Shown here one piece after another: positions 62,387-64,000 of a stretch of 64,000 nucleotides of DNA. A model generated the notes under the pieces. It did not search any database. It was not told where the DNA came from and saw nothing but the letters and a program-made list of their open reading frames with translations. The DNA comes from Vermamoeba vermiformis. Lineage: Eukaryota. The stretch is taken from assembly GCA_045837725.1 (NCBI GenBank), contig JBEWZL010000077.1, positions 1 to 64,000 of the forward strand, read 5' to 3'. Both the position numbers and the translations under genes were made by a program. The first letter of the stretch is position 1, and each line of letters begins with the position of its first letter.

Positions 62387-64000
62387 TTAATCTGCATCGT
62401 TGTTATCCAAGTTGAAGGCACTGCCGGCACGAGTGAGAAGTTGTTGACTGGAAGCAAGACTCGATGAACGAGCGAGCAACGGTCGATTGGCATTGTTGTT
62501 GTTGTTTGCTGCTGATGATGACACGTCAGTAATTGAAAACAAAGACACGAAAAGTCGATTTTGACTCACTTCTGCCAGATGACTTGTTGCGTGTGTACAG
62601 CTCTTCTTCGACACTGTCACGCACAACAAAGCGAACAAGATGCACTTTCTGATCTTGTCCTTGTCGATGCGCACGACCCAGTGCTTGCATCTCGTACGCT
62701 CGTGCTTCTTCAATGCTGCCTTGCATCGGATCCAGCAACACGACGTAGTTGGCTTCGATCAAATTCGTTCCCGATGCTGCGTCACTCAAGCACAACAACA
62801 AGACTTTGACATTCTCTTCTTTGAATTGTTTCAATTTCTTCGTCTTTTGCGTCACATTTCTATCACACAATCGCGTTAAATTAAATAGTACAGTAAAGAG
62901 TCAATTACCCTTCTAGTCTAACGGAGTTGATGTTTGATTGTTGAAGAATAGTCTCCACCGTTTCTAAATAACTAGCGAACTATTATGGGAATAATTATTA
63001 GTGACTCGTTCATGAGTGAATTTTTCACTGAACCGAAGAAAGCTTTCCTTTGAAAACAAAATGAATCGATTGTCATCGTCCTCTTTGATGCAATCATTGA
63101 GCCATTCGATAATTTTGCTCATTTTGCTGCCGTGTTTGTTCATCAGCGTCAATCGTGCATGTTCATCGTTCTCTGAAATATTTTTGCCTTGAAGAACGAA
63201 CGGCACTTTAGGCCACTCATTGCGCAGCACTTCAGTTTCCTTGATCTCTTTTTGATAGCTCTTAATGGCCGCTTTCTTGACTTTGATAATCTTGTTATTT
63301 CGCGTAATGTTTCTTTTTTTCTGCTCGGGTGCCTGTAAATAACACATTAGTCCACCTTGTCCTATAAAATACTGCCTAGTGCAATGTATTCACTTACCAT
63401 ATTAGCGTAGAAAGGGTCGGTATCATAATCAGCGATTGATTTTTCGACGCGTTTAATCTCATCCTCACAATATGCAATCGAGGACTCCATTCGTTGGATC
63501 AAGCTCTATCAAAATATTAGCTCTTGTATATATCAATAAATGAACAAGTTGCGACGTACATTCAGTTCTTCAATACGGCGAGGTGGAATTTCATCGACAG
63601 AAGGATACGAAAATATTCCACAACACAGTTTAATATTAGCTTCGGCCGTTGATTCTGGGAAAAAATTAGATAGTAACAATAAGGGATTAACTATTTTTCT
63701 GCTTACGCAAACTTTAATGCAATAAAGTTTCAATGGGACTGAAGTCGACGTATACCACTTCTTCGACGTAATCAGGCACGGTATACTCCGAAGTGATACT
63801 TTCTTTCGTGTTTCGCCAAATAAGGTTATTGAAGATCAAATCATTTTCAATCCACCTAGCAAAGGATTAGCCTCGTCAATAATTGAAAAACTCACATCTC
63901 GTATTGTTCACCGATAGTGTTCTCAGGCACCAAATCATTCGCCCAAATTCCTAAAAATCTCTTTGCAGCCGAGTAGAGCTCCCTAAATTAGTCGTTATTA
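62387..64000 (-). CDS. SNF2-family helicase, tandem paralog (copy 2, 5' part outside window)
   Basis: HGSKMSKII, NRFILFSK, SGTNLIEANYVVLLDP, QALGRAHRQGQ. 3' region nearly identical to copy 1. Confidence 0.88.

Noticed and set aside
1-64000. Alternative genetic code or non-canonical (U12/GC-AG) introns as an explanation for the fragmented ORFs
   Set aside because: The junctions checked are GT-AG, and TAA, TAG and TGA all serve as terminal stops.

Overview
This is eukaryotic, gene-dense, intron-rich protist DNA: standard code, short GT-AG introns with CTRAY branch points, and amoebozoan-like gene content (taxon not determinable here). From left to right it holds the 3' end of a Ty3/Gypsy retrotransposon with an apparent 86-bp LTR, an Mcp1/DUF1691-like membrane protein, TVP38/TMEM64, a Y-family polymerase, a secreted GPI-type protein, a PX-C2-arrestin fusion, a DOCK GEF, an Atg31-like protein and an intronless carboxylesterase. 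Next come a head-to-head homocitrate synthase/homoaconitase pair (alpha-aminoadipate lysine pathway), a UBA-PARP6/8-like gene whose 879-bp intron hosts tRNA-Val, 5S rRNA and tRNA-Ile, and an APC permease. The right end carries an importin-7/8-like gene, a disrupted REase-kinase gene, a CLU/UBR-zinc-finger/LRR gene, a GUP1-like MBOAT and two tandem SNF2 helicases, one with an intronic MITE. The best leads are the lysine module (natural Asn at the lysine-feedback Asp, plus a structured intron) and the intronic Pol III cluster. Gene models were spliced by eye and family calls come from remembered motifs. Several +1 insertions in coding exons suggest assembly errors.
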